NCBI GenBank assembly: GCA_964639185.1
Contig: CAZXCN010000002.1
Location: 30,409-94,408, forward strand
DNA from: an uncultured Candidatus Saccharibacteria bacterium
GTDB taxonomy: Bacteria; Patescibacteriota; Minisyncoccia; Phycocordibacterales; UBA9973
Direction: 5' to 3'
DNA: 64,000 nt
Below the pieces are notes generated by a model. That model did not search any database and was not told where the DNA came from. It saw only the letters and a program-made list of their open reading frames with translations. Both the position numbers and the translations under genes were made by a program. This document shows, one piece after another, positions 48,546 through 58,631 of this stretch. Position 1 is the stretch's first letter. Each line of letters starts with the position of its first letter.

Positions 48546-48842
48546 TTAATTCTGAATTTGATTCAACAAATCCTGAATATGCTTCAAATCAGGAACAGAG
48601 CTTCCAACTTTCTTAACACTATCTACACTTTCGCTCATAGACCCATAATAACCAAGCAATGAATCTAAATATGGTCTTATAAAATATACTGCTCCAAATG
48701 ATATAGCAAGTATTACAAACCAATACAAAACACGGTATATTTGGGCCCATCTTTGCATCCGAAGCATCTTGCGAAGCATTTCATTATTTTCCTTCAATAA
48801 ATGAAAGTTTTCTTCAAGCATCTTTTTTGCTTCAGGATCCAT
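48546..48842 (-). CDS. Hypothetical single-TM protein
   Basis: MDPE...ENNEMLRKM coiled coil followed by one TM. Confidence 0.7.
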   Translation of the reverse strand: MDPEAKKMLEENFHLLKENNEMLRKMLRMQRWAQIYRVLYWFVILAISFGAVYFIRPYLDSLLGYYGSMSESVDSVKKVGSSVPDLKHIQDLLNQIQN

Positions 48843-48879
48843 ATCCAGATATTAGCATAAAAGTATATAAAAATAAAGG

Positions 48880-48951
48880 TGCTCTCGGCAGGAATCGAAC
48901 CTACAATTACCCCTTAGGACGGGGCAGTTATATCCATTTAACTACGAGAGC
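48880..48951 (-). tRNA. tRNA-Arg(CCT)
   Basis: GCTCTCG acceptor, GCCCC-GTCCTAA-GGGGT arm, GGTTCGATTCC. Confidence 0.93.
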
Positions 48952-48954
48952 ATT

Positions 48955-48986
48955 TTATAAAAGCACCCTTTCGGGTGCTTTTATAA
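48955..48986. terminator. Terminator-like hairpin after the glutaredoxin gene
   Basis: TTATAAAAGCACCC-TTTC-GGGTGCTTTTATAA. Confidence 0.75.
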
Positions 48987-49008
48987 TACGATATTTCGAG
49001 ACAAATTG

Positions 49009-49248
49009 CTATTCTGTAATACCTAACAATTCCATTATTTTTGGCTTGTTGAAACCTACGATAAGGTCATTGTCGATTTGTATTACTGGCACACCCATTT
49101 GGCCAGATTTTTGTATCATTTCAGTACGCTTTGCAGGATCCTCTCCCACATTAAAATCTGTAAATTCTACATTTTTTTCTTTAAAGAAATCTTTTGCCAT
49201 GTGGCAAAAATGACATGTTGGTGTGCTGTATATTGTTACTGTACTCAT
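49009..49248 (-). CDS. Glutaredoxin-like (NrdH/YruB type) protein
   Basis: YSTPTCHFC, GQMGVPVI, VGFN. Confidence 0.92.
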   Translation of the reverse strand: MSTVTIYSTPTCHFCHMAKDFFKEKNVEFTDFNVGEDPAKRTEMIQKSGQMGVPVIQIDNDLIVGFNKPKIMELLGITE

Positions 49249-49323
49249 ATTTATATATGGCCCGAAGGCATTAAATCTATTAAGTATGATGATTATATCA
49301 CAAAAAACTGTTTAGCTAAAATC

Positions 49324-49740
49324 CTACTCTTCAAATACCCAGATATCCTTCTTTGCCTGTACCATATCTGTAAATTTACCCTTGAATTGTGTCGCTTTTA
49401 CTTCCCTGTCATCTATCCAGTGATAATTACCACCAGGGGGCTTTTCCATTAAAATTCGATGATATTTAAAATCATGTTCTTTCAACCATGCTTCGGTCAC
49501 CTCCCTATGTGACTCAAGTCGTGCTGTAAAAAAAGTAATTATATGCCCTTCATCGTACCATTTATTAATATGATTACGCGCTTCGGGAATCTCTTTTGCA
49601 TCTTTCATCCTCCAAGGCTCCTCATTTGGTATATCATCGCATATAGTACCGTCTATATCTATCAAATAATTTTTAATATTATCTGGCAATTTTGCACTCG
49701 CTCGTGTTCCGTCTGGATTTGTAACTTCAATAAAATTCAT
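49324..49740 (-). CDS. Small HAD-superfamily phosphatase-like protein
   Basis: DIDGTIC, FTAR, KP, WIDD motifs. Confidence 0.8.
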   Translation of the reverse strand: MNFIEVTNPDGTRASAKLPDNIKNYLIDIDGTICDDIPNEEPWRMKDAKEIPEARNHINKWYDEGHIITFFTARLESHREVTEAWLKEHDFKYHRILMEKPPGGNYHWIDDREVKATQFKGKFTDMVQAKKDIWVFEE

Positions 49741-49752
49741 AATATTTTTCTA

Positions 49753-50145
49753 TTAATTGAATAAATTTTTCAAAAAACCAATAAATCCTTTACTGTTGTT
49801 TTTTGTGTTTATTTCGGGGTTTGCTATGTCAATATCCTTATTCTCATCTACTATCACTACCATCTTTTCACCTGGTTTAACCATCTGGTATTTATCACGA
49901 ATAGCTTCTTCTGTACCTATTGTGCTATTTAATTTATCTATATTATTTTGCAAATTAGTTTCTCTCTCTGTTAGTGAATCTATTTGGGTGGCTATTGCAT
50001 TCTTCTTTTTATTTGTTTCGTGTGATTTTTCCACCAAACCTATCATGTTATACATAAATACCAAAACAACACACAAGATAGAAAACAATACCAATGATGA
50101 GTATTTTATATTCTTCTTATTTTGTGGATTTTGCAAATCTTTCAT
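49753..50145 (-). CDS. Septum formation initiator (FtsB/DivIC-like)
   Basis: TM plus coiled coil, E..IRDKYQMVKPGE. Confidence 0.8.
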   Translation of the reverse strand: MKDLQNPQNKKNIKYSSLVLFSILCVVLVFMYNMIGLVEKSHETNKKKNAIATQIDSLTERETNLQNNIDKLNSTIGTEEAIRDKYQMVKPGEKMVVIVDENKDIDIANPEINTKNNSKGFIGFLKNLFN

Positions 50146-50165
50146 ATTTCTTGTATGATTATATC

Positions 50166-50273
50166 ATGTTTTTTAACCCTAAACATCAACGCAAAATCAG
50201 AGTGTTTTTTGGTATAATTTCCATACTTGTTATCATAAGTATGATTATGCTTTACTCACCTGTGTTTCAATAA
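50166..50273 (+). CDS. Putative 35-aa single-TM peptide
   Basis: Manual translation MFFNPKHQRKIRVFFGIISILVIISMIMLYSPVFQ; fills the intergenic gap. Confidence 0.55.
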   Translation: MFFNPKHQRKIRVFFGIISILVIISMIMLYSPVFQ

Positions 50274-50300
50274 TAAGGTAGATTAGCCTCATATTTTGGC

Positions 50301-52142
50301 TTAATCTTTATTGCGCATCATTTTCAAGAAGACATCATGAGGGATGTTTACTTTTCCTGCTGCTGCCATCTTCTTTTTACCTTTCTTTTGTTTTTCCCAA
50401 AGCTTTCTCTTTCGAGTTATGTCCCCACCATACATATGCTGAGTAACATCTTTACTGAAAGCTTTTACGCTTTCAGAAGCAATAATTCTACCTAGGGCTT
50501 TGCCTTGAATCTTGAAAGCAAACATTTGTCTTGGCATTACCTTTTGAAGTTTCTCAACTTGAGACCTAGCATCCTCATCTACACGACGACGCGATACTAT
50601 CCTAGTAAATGCCACCATTGGTTCATCGGCTACCAATATATCAAGTCGCACAACATCTGCCTCGCGATATTCACCTATTTCATAAGATATAGATGCGTAT
50701 CCAGAACTGAGGCTTTTTAACTCATCAAAAAAGTCTCGCATTAACTCACGCAAAGGCATTTCGATTGTTAATGCAGATCTATTATCACCAAAGTTTTCGG
50801 TTATGTTTACAGTAGCTTCGTGATCATACAAGAATGGCATTAATACGATAATATACTTTGTCGGTAATATTATCTTTACCTCTACCCATGGTTCAAATAT
50901 TTTTACAATATTTCCATCATCTGGAAACATATGCGGTGAGTATACTACTTGTTCCTTTCCACCTTTTAATACTACTTTGTAGTTTATAGATGGCATAGTT
51001 ACAACCAAATCCAGATCAAATTCCCTATTCAATCTTTCTGTAATTATTTCTAGATGCAACATACCCAAGAATCCACAACGAAAACCTCGGCCCAGTGACC
51101 CCGATGTTTCCTCCTCATGCGAAAATGATGAATCTGAAAGTCGCAATTTACCAAAAGCAGCTTTTAATTCAGGAAAATCATCTGCGCTTTCAGGATACAC
51201 ACTCGCCCATACAACAGGGCTCGGCTTCATATAACCAGGTAATGCAGGTGAAGGGTTCTTTGTATATGTGATAGTGTCACCGACTGATGCTATTCCAGGC
51301 TTTTTTATACCAGTAACAATATAGCCTATTTCACCTACACCTATTGTGTCTCTTGGAGTTTCTTCGGGTGAAAATGTTCCTACTTCAAGTGATATAAATT
51401 TTTCATTTGAAATATTAAATATCATCGATTCACCTTTTACAAAACTCCCATCCACAACACGTACATATACTATTACACCACGATGATTATCGTATTTAAA
51501 ATCAAAAACAAGAGCTCGGTTTAAATTTTTATTATCAGCAGCTACAGATGAAGTAATAAAGTCATCTTTTCTGAATTCTGGTGAAGGAATTCTTTGCACT
51601 ATCTGATCGAGTAATTCGGCAACCCCAGCACCTGTTTTACCAGATACTTCGAGTATTTCACTTGGGTCAATATTCAATAATAATGCCAATTCCATCTTTG
51701 TATCATCGATACGTGCAAGTGGCGAATCTATCTTCGATAATACAGGTATGATTACAAGCCCTGAATCACGTGCCATTTGTAAAGTAGTCATAGTTTGTGC
51801 TTGCACACCCTGAGTCGAGTCTACGAGCAGTATAGAGCCTTCTACGGCCTTTAGGGCACGTGATACCTCGTATGAAAAGTCGATATGCCCAGGTGTATCA
51901 ATAAGGTTTAAAATATATTCTTCTTTCTTTTCCGCCTTACCACTTTTCCATTCCATTCTTACTGGTTGCATTTTAATTGTGATACCACGCTCACGCTCAA
52001 GCTCCATAGAGTCTAGAACCTGATCCTTCATTTTACGTGCCTCGATAGTACCTGTAACTTCCAGCATTCTGTCAGCCAAAGTACTCTTCCCATGGTCAAT
52101 ATGGGCTATAATACTGAAATTACGTATATTTTTTATCTCCAT
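50301..52142 (-). CDS. lepA: Elongation factor 4 LepA
   Basis: AHIDHGKSTLADR, GFRCGFLGMLHLEI, YGGDITRKRKL. Confidence 0.98.
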   Translation of the reverse strand: MEIKNIRNFSIIAHIDHGKSTLADRMLEVTGTIEARKMKDQVLDSMELERERGITIKMQPVRMEWKSGKAEKKEEYILNLIDTPGHIDFSYEVSRALKAVEGSILLVDSTQGVQAQTMTTLQMARDSGLVIIPVLSKIDSPLARIDDTKMELALLLNIDPSEILEVSGKTGAGVAELLDQIVQRIPSPEFRKDDFITSSVAADNKNLNRALVFDFKYDNHRGVIVYVRVVDGSFVKGESMIFNISNEKFISLEVGTFSPEETPRDTIGVGEIGYIVTGIKKPGIASVGDTITYTKNPSPALPGYMKPSPVVWASVYPESADDFPELKAAFGKLRLSDSSFSHEEETSGSLGRGFRCGFLGMLHLEIITERLNREFDLDLVVTMPSINYKVVLKGGKEQVVYSPHMFPDDGNIVKIFEPWVEVKIILPTKYIIVLMPFLYDHEATVNITENFGDNRSALTIEMPLRELMRDFFDELKSLSSGYASISYEIGEYREADVVRLDILVADEPMVAFTRIVSRRRVDEDARSQVEKLQKVMPRQMFAFKIQGKALGRIIASESVKAFSKDVTQHMYGGDITRKRKLWEKQKKGKKKMAAAGKVNIPHDVFLKMMRNKD

Positions 52143-52198
52143 TATTCCCCTATCCTACCAGAAAAACCTTTAAATTAAAACCTCCTTAAGATAGGGGT

Positions 52199-52714
52199 TT
52201 AGTCCCTGTCTGGTAAATTATCTATGAGAATTTTATTTTCTACACACCATGGTGATTTATCAAATTCCTCGGGTTTAAGCCACACTCTGCCATGAACTTC
52301 ATCATTTCCTTCGAAATCTTTTTCTTCCACTACTTCACATAAATAAAATGCCATATAACCTGTCGGGTATGGATAGTAAAAATTTTCTGGTTTTGGACTC
52401 GTAATTGTAACTTTTTTATACCCAACTAGTTTTACAATTTTAATATGTACGCCAGTTTCCTCAAACGTTTCTCTGATTACAGATTCTTCAATTGTCTCAC
52501 CTTGATCTACATGACCACCCGGCACATCGAGCCTACGTGTTGGTCGCTCTCCCTCACGAAGTTCTGTTTGAAGAATTGCCCCATCTTTAAAAACAATTGA
52601 ATACGCAGAAACACAATCTGGTATATTTGGAATTTCATCAGCTAAATAAGTTTCAACAATATTTTCTCCTGTTATCCAATCCAAATTATTTTCAGTATGA
52701 ATAAGTTTTTGCAT
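52199..52714 (-). CDS. NUDIX hydrolase
   Basis: Nudix box PGGHVDQGETIEESVIRETFEETG. Confidence 0.9.
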   Translation of the reverse strand: MQKLIHTENNLDWITGENIVETYLADEIPNIPDCVSAYSIVFKDGAILQTELREGERPTRRLDVPGGHVDQGETIEESVIRETFEETGVHIKIVKLVGYKKVTITSPKPENFYYPYPTGYMAFYLCEVVEEKDFEGNDEVHGRVWLKPEEFDKSPWCVENKILIDNLPDRD

Positions 52715-52715
52715 A

Positions 52716-54476
52716 TTATTCTATAAATCCGCCAACTTGGTGATTCCAGAGGTTTGCATATTTACCGTTACTTTCTAATAATTCTTTGTGTGTACCTTGT
52801 TCTACTATATTACCTTCTTCAAGTACAATTATCCTATCCATTTTTTGTATAGTCGACAATCTGTGTGCAATAACAATAGTTGTTTTACCCTTCATTAATT
52901 CAGTAAAAGCTTCTTGGATATATTGCTCTGAAATACTATCTAGACTACTTGTTGCCTCATCAAGTATCAATATAGGTGCATCTTTTATCATTGCACGAGC
53001 AATAGCCACACGTTGGCGCTCACCGCCAGAAAGCTTCACTCCACGCTCACCCACATATGTATCGTATTTATATGGAAGCTTTGATATGAATTCATGCGCA
53101 TGCGCCTTTTTTGCCACTTCTGCCACTTCCTCGTCAGTTGCATCTGATTTACCATATGCAATATTTTCCCGAATTGTGCGATGAAATAGTATTGATTCCT
53201 GTGGTACATATGATATAGCGGTACGCAAATCGTCTTGTGTTACATTGCGAATATCTTGGCCATCAATAGTAATACTACCAGCTGTTACATCCATGAATCT
53301 TAATATCAAATTCGTAATTGTTGATTTACCAGCACCTGAGTGCCCAACTATACCAATACGTTCACCAGGTTTTATATCTAGATTAAAATTATTTAAAACG
53401 GCTTGTCCATTTTTATAAACAAAATGTGCATCTTTGAATACAAGGTGTCCTTTTGTCATTGCTAATTTTTCAGGATTTTGTGGATCCAATATATCTGGTG
53501 TAACTTCAAATATATCAATAATTTCTTTCATATCAGCTGCACTTTTCATAAAGCGCATAAATACATTACTCAATGACCATAATTTTTCAAAAACCATAGC
53601 CATGTATATTTGTACTAAGACAACAGTTCCAGTTGATATCTTATTATCAATCCAAAATCTAATAAGAACATACAAAATAATACTTGAAGTTATAACAACC
53701 AAGAATGATTGTATCCATTCAATCTTTAGACCAAAAAACCAAGATTTTTTACTATTTTTATAAGCATTTTCTGTTATTTCGCCAAAAGATTCTGCTTCTC
53801 GTTTTTGAGCAGAAAATATTTTTAAAGCTAAAATATTACCAAACACATCAGCTAAACGCCCTCCTATTTTTGAATCTGAAGATGCTTCTAATATATCTAG
53901 CTTAATCTTTTTCTTTAAGAAAATTAATGTTATCGCAAAATAAACAAATGCAAAAATTAAAAAGATTAAAGCTATTTTTTTTGAAGTATTAAATAGAACA
54001 ATAAACACAGCGATCAAGTAAACACTTGTACCAAAAAAATCATAAATCAATACGTCAGACATTGCTTCAAAAGACCCAACAAAACGTCTAGATTTTGTTA
54101 CTAATGAACCTGAAAAAGTATTCGCGAAAAAAGATTGCGAATGTTTAGATATTTTATTAAAACAAAAATTTCGTAATTCCCTTTCTGCTCTCAAAAGAAA
54201 ACTAAAATAAACCAATTTACCACTTCTGGATATGAAATAAATAAATACGCTTAAACCAATAAATATGTACACGAAATGCATTACTTCAACTGAAGCAATA
54301 TTTCTTGATAGATCATTGCTAGAAAGTATATCTATAATCTTTTTTAAATAAATAGGCTTAATTATACTATCCAAAATAACCCTAATACCAAAAAGTATCA
54401 TTGCACTGAAAAAAGCAAGTTTGTACTTGCGTATTTGGGGCCAAACGTATTTAAATATACCCTTAAATAACGGCAT
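52716..54476 (-). CDS. ABC exporter, fused permease/ATPase (MsbA-like)
   Basis: TM domain, GHSGAGKST, LSGGERQR, ILDEATS, IAHRLST. Confidence 0.93.
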   Translation of the reverse strand: MPLFKGIFKYVWPQIRKYKLAFFSAMILFGIRVILDSIIKPIYLKKIIDILSSNDLSRNIASVEVMHFVYIFIGLSVFIYFISRSGKLVYFSFLLRAERELRNFCFNKISKHSQSFFANTFSGSLVTKSRRFVGSFEAMSDVLIYDFFGTSVYLIAVFIVLFNTSKKIALIFLIFAFVYFAITLIFLKKKIKLDILEASSDSKIGGRLADVFGNILALKIFSAQKREAESFGEITENAYKNSKKSWFFGLKIEWIQSFLVVITSSIILYVLIRFWIDNKISTGTVVLVQIYMAMVFEKLWSLSNVFMRFMKSAADMKEIIDIFEVTPDILDPQNPEKLAMTKGHLVFKDAHFVYKNGQAVLNNFNLDIKPGERIGIVGHSGAGKSTITNLILRFMDVTAGSITIDGQDIRNVTQDDLRTAISYVPQESILFHRTIRENIAYGKSDATDEEVAEVAKKAHAHEFISKLPYKYDTYVGERGVKLSGGERQRVAIARAMIKDAPILILDEATSSLDSISEQYIQEAFTELMKGKTTIVIAHRLSTIQKMDRIIVLEEGNIVEQGTHKELLESNGKYANLWNHQVGGFIE

Positions 54477-54513
54477 TTTGCTATTTTAACAGAAAAGTGT
54501 TGAAATTAAAAGG

Positions 54514-56199
54514 TTAAAGATCAGCCTGTTCAGGCACCGTAACAGGACGAGACCACAACTTTCTAGATAAAGCTGTCAGTATTTCATGGTATTCTTTATT
54601 TTTTAAAATATGAAGTATCGCAACACCAGCGGTGATACCTAAAATTCCAGAACATAAGCCCTGCAATAAAACACCCCAGAAAGTATACAAATTGAATACA
54701 TCATCAAATATTCCAAGGAAAAAGTATGCCACTCCTCCCAACGCAATAGTAGCTGTTAAGCTTTGTAATATTGTTTTTCTTATACCTGTCTTTACTCCTT
54801 TAAAATTATCCCGATAGAACATGAATCCTATTAATAAAACGTTTATCAATGAACCCAATGCATACGCAAGTGGCAAAGCCAACATCTCGGTACCATTTAC
54901 ATCGCTCACACGTAATATAATTTCTAATATATTCTTGAATCCTGTAAAACCATACATCAATTGCAACATTGTATACCCAAGCACAACAACCATAATTGAT
55001 GAAAACAAGTTTATATAGAGTGGTTTCTTTGTATTACCAGTAGCATAATAAGCACGTACTATTAACAACACTATACCCTGCGACGCTAGTGATATTACAA
55101 ACAAAGCCAAAGCTGCAGCAGTTAGGCGTGTCTGGTCCCAAGTAAATGTACTGGAGCCCAATATAACACGTACTATTTGTGCTCGTAATACAGCAAATAA
55201 TGCGGTTACAGGTAATGACCAAAATATTATTTGTTGCATACCTTTTGTGACATATGATTTAAAAGCAGATACATCTTTCTTTGCAAATGACTGCACCATC
55301 ATTGGAAATAATGCTACTGAATACGATATACCTATAATACCAACAGGTACAGATTGTAAATTGTATGAAAATGTAAACAAAGATATAGATCCAGGCATTA
55401 ATTTTGATGCCATTGATATTAGAGCAATGAATGCAATACTATTAAATGATAGTGTGAGCGTGCGAGGCAAAGAGACTTTTACTACTTTCAGAATTTCATT
55501 CCAATTTATATTTATATTAAATTTCGGCAAAAAACCTTGTTTTATAATTGTAGGTATTTGTATAGCTAAATGTAATACAGCCCCAATTACAACTCCAAAA
55601 GCCAAGCCGAGTGTTCCAAAGTATGGGTACAAGAATATTATACCCAAAATAATACCAACATTATAAAATACTGGTGACAATGAAAACACAAAGAACTTTT
55701 TATAAATTTGAGTAATTGTACCTAATAGATTTGAAATACCTATAAATATTGGTGACAATAACATTATGCGACTGGTCCGAATCAATGTATCGTGCGCTTC
55801 TTCGGGAAATCCTGGTGCTATTAGATTCGCAAGATATGGCAACAATACATAGACCAATAAACTCATAGCAACCATGCACAACATAAATGCAGAGAATATA
55901 TTATTAAGAAATATCTTTGCTTTTTTATTGTCCTCCTCTTTATTCATTTTGCCAACAATAAATGGCATTATTACTGTTATAGAAGCCAATGATGCCATCG
56001 ATACATAAAGAAAGTCAGGTATTCGAAACGCAGCATAATACACATCCAATGCAGTACCGGCTCCTACAATATGTGCGAGTAGCTTGTCACGAACAAGCCC
56101 AAGTATTTGTGAGAGAAAAGCAAATACTCCTAGCAACAAAGCGGCTTCATTTACACCATGAAATTCTTTATTCAGAAACGTCAAAATCTTTTTGACCAT
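54514..56199 (-). CDS. murJ: Lipid II flippase MurJ
   Basis: LGLVRD, YYAAFRIPD, SPVFYN; about 14 TM. Confidence 0.9.
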   Translation of the reverse strand: MVKKILTFLNKEFHGVNEAALLLGVFAFLSQILGLVRDKLLAHIVGAGTALDVYYAAFRIPDFLYVSMASLASITVIMPFIVGKMNKEEDNKKAKIFLNNIFSAFMLCMVAMSLLVYVLLPYLANLIAPGFPEEAHDTLIRTSRIMLLSPIFIGISNLLGTITQIYKKFFVFSLSPVFYNVGIILGIIFLYPYFGTLGLAFGVVIGAVLHLAIQIPTIIKQGFLPKFNININWNEILKVVKVSLPRTLTLSFNSIAFIALISMASKLMPGSISLFTFSYNLQSVPVGIIGISYSVALFPMMVQSFAKKDVSAFKSYVTKGMQQIIFWSLPVTALFAVLRAQIVRVILGSSTFTWDQTRLTAAALALFVISLASQGIVLLIVRAYYATGNTKKPLYINLFSSIMVVVLGYTMLQLMYGFTGFKNILEIILRVSDVNGTEMLALPLAYALGSLINVLLIGFMFYRDNFKGVKTGIRKTILQSLTATIALGGVAYFFLGIFDDVFNLYTFWGVLLQGLCSGILGITAGVAILHILKNKEYHEILTALSRKLWSRPVTVPEQADL

Positions 56200-56205
56200 T
56201 TCTAA

Positions 56206-58563
56206 TTATTTTTTCTTTTCTGGTAATGGAGCTTTTGTTTTATCTACCTCAGTTGTTGGGGCTACAGTAGTATTACTATCTTTTAGTGACTCGATAGCTT
56301 TATCTATATCTGTATTTTCAGGAATAACTTGTTTTAATAACTCAAGTTGTTTCTTTGCATCATCTACGCGACCCATTTTTTGATATGACAAGCTTAGGAA
56401 GTATCTAGCGTTCAAATTAGCATTGTCTAGAATTACAGAATTTTCAAAAGCGCTAACTGCTCCGCTGAAATTACTAGAATTGTATCGAATGATTCCTAAT
56501 TTAAAGAATACACTAGAATCATTTGGTGCGTATACAGCTGCACGTTCAGCAAGCTTTACTGCTTCGCCTGAATTACCTTCATTGATTTCTATCTGAGCTA
56601 GGGTAAATATTGCGTCTATGTAATCAGGCTTCTTTTCCAATGCTTGATTTATCATTGCACGAGCACCTGTATTATTTTTATTTATAATTTCCAATTGAGC
56701 TTTTGACAAAAATACAGATATTGCATCTGGGGAATACGCTAATGCTTTATCGTATGCAATAACAGCATTGTCATATGAACCTTCAGAAATTCCCAAACTC
56801 AACAAAGATGTGTAAACATCGCCCAAGTTGATCCAATTTACATAGTATTTTGGATTTTCATCTATTGCTTGTTTAGATGCAACAATAGTTTGATTAACAA
56901 GATTCTGTAGGTTGCTCTTTAAAGCATCTTCTGGAATAGATTTATCTGAAATAATAGCACCCATTTGTGCAAGATATACCTGTGACAAATTCCTATAGAA
57001 TACATCATTTTTATTGAAAGATATTGCTCTATTTAAATTTCTTTCAGATGTAGTTAGGCCAGCCAAGGTAGAATCTGATGACATAGATTTTGAATAATAA
57101 GACAAAGATGCAAATTTACCTGTATACATCAATATTGCGAACACGCTTGCTATCATAAGTATCACAAGAGAAAATATAGAGAAGAAACTAGCCCTAGGGT
57201 CACGCAAGAATGAACTATCGTAAAGAGGAATAATTTTTTTGTAAACAAGCACTCCAAGGAATAATCCAGTAAAGGCAAAAGCTAGCGTAAACAACATGAA
57301 ATTTGCATTAGAAAGTATTATGTGAATCCAGAAATACAAAGACAGCATTAATGAACCAAATACAACATAATTCGAAGATGGGTTTCGAAGAGTAAATATA
57401 AAAGCATACAATCCTCTACGGATAAATGTCATAAAGAAGAGCAACCAGACAATTAGACCAAATACTCCTACTGTAGCAAATGCTGTGAATAAAGAACTGT
57501 ATCCACTTGGAAAATCAACACTCCATGCTTGTGTATTCAATATACTTGTTGGCTTCCACATTGACCAATTAATCGGGAATGTATTTGGTCCAGTTCCTGT
57601 AAATGGGTTATGCATTACAGACTTTTTTGCAATACCAAAAGTAGAACTAACAGAAGGAGATATTTCTATATTTGAAATATTTAAATAATTTGGCAACAAA
57701 TTACCTACAGAATTATTACCAACAATAAATACCAAACAAACAAGGACAGTAACAAAAGCCATAACAGGCAAACTTTTATCTTTAACAGGCATATTAGAAT
57801 CTATAGGCATGTTGCTTGTTTGTGATCGGAATGAAGAAACACTATAAACAAATACAATCAGTACAAAGAAAGCTGTGACCATCCATACGAAGATATTATT
57901 AACTAATGCTAACATCAATAAACTCAACACTGTTAATATTGAAAGTAGGATTGTATTACGCTTGGAAAGATTATTGAATTCTATTGTAATAATAGATAAT
58001 ATAATTATTCCACCAAAAAATATTGCAAAATCACTCCATGTTCCAAAAAGGTTTCCAAATGGAATACTATTAAAAGCTCCAGGAATATATTTATTTAGGT
58101 TAATGATCATGGATAAAACTTCGATAATACCTATGATTGCTGCACCAGCGAACATAGACTTGAAGAAATATTTTATTCTTGTCTCTTGTTGGAAATATAC
58201 AGATGTCAAGAATAATACAAGTCCAAATATAAGCATTGATACAAAAGTATCTATTTCAAAAGTTCTTCCAAATAATGACAGGTGTGAAGAGAAAGAAAAT
58301 AGTGAGGATATTAGGTACACAACAGGTATAGCAAATGTGTATACTAGGAATCGGTCTTTTGGAATAGTGAACTTGCCATCTACGAATCTAGCAACCAGCC
58401 AGAAAAATAACGACACCATTACACCGATAGACACGATGAATCCCTTGCTAGATTCCAATGGTATGGCTGAATAAGGAACAAAGAAAAAGATCGATACGAA
58501 GAAGGTGATAATTAGTGACCAAAATGACAATCTATTCAGAATTGAGAGTTTATTATTTTCCAT
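56206..58563 (-). CDS. O-antigen ligase-like polytopic membrane protein with C-terminal TPR repeats
   Basis: Many TM segments, PFTGTGPNTF loop, TPR-like helices. Confidence 0.7.
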   Translation of the reverse strand: MENNKLSILNRLSFWSLIITFFVSIFFFVPYSAIPLESSKGFIVSIGVMVSLFFWLVARFVDGKFTIPKDRFLVYTFAIPVVYLISSLFSFSSHLSLFGRTFEIDTFVSMLIFGLVLFLTSVYFQQETRIKYFFKSMFAGAAIIGIIEVLSMIINLNKYIPGAFNSIPFGNLFGTWSDFAIFFGGIIILSIITIEFNNLSKRNTILLSILTVLSLLMLALVNNIFVWMVTAFFVLIVFVYSVSSFRSQTSNMPIDSNMPVKDKSLPVMAFVTVLVCLVFIVGNNSVGNLLPNYLNISNIEISPSVSSTFGIAKKSVMHNPFTGTGPNTFPINWSMWKPTSILNTQAWSVDFPSGYSSLFTAFATVGVFGLIVWLLFFMTFIRRGLYAFIFTLRNPSSNYVVFGSLMLSLYFWIHIILSNANFMLFTLAFAFTGLFLGVLVYKKIIPLYDSSFLRDPRASFFSIFSLVILMIASVFAILMYTGKFASLSYYSKSMSSDSTLAGLTTSERNLNRAISFNKNDVFYRNLSQVYLAQMGAIISDKSIPEDALKSNLQNLVNQTIVASKQAIDENPKYYVNWINLGDVYTSLLSLGISEGSYDNAVIAYDKALAYSPDAISVFLSKAQLEIINKNNTGARAMINQALEKKPDYIDAIFTLAQIEINEGNSGEAVKLAERAAVYAPNDSSVFFKLGIIRYNSSNFSGAVSAFENSVILDNANLNARYFLSLSYQKMGRVDDAKKQLELLKQVIPENTDIDKAIESLKDSNTTVAPTTEVDKTKAPLPEKKK

Positions 58564-58631
58564 ATTTTTTTAATAATTATTAATATTATATTTTTATATA
58601 CGTTAATTATACCTAAATTAAATCTATAATG

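Noticed and set aside
48827-49452. Plus-strand ORFs of 128 and 124 aa
   Set aside because: Antisense to tRNA-Arg, the glutaredoxin gene and the HAD gene.
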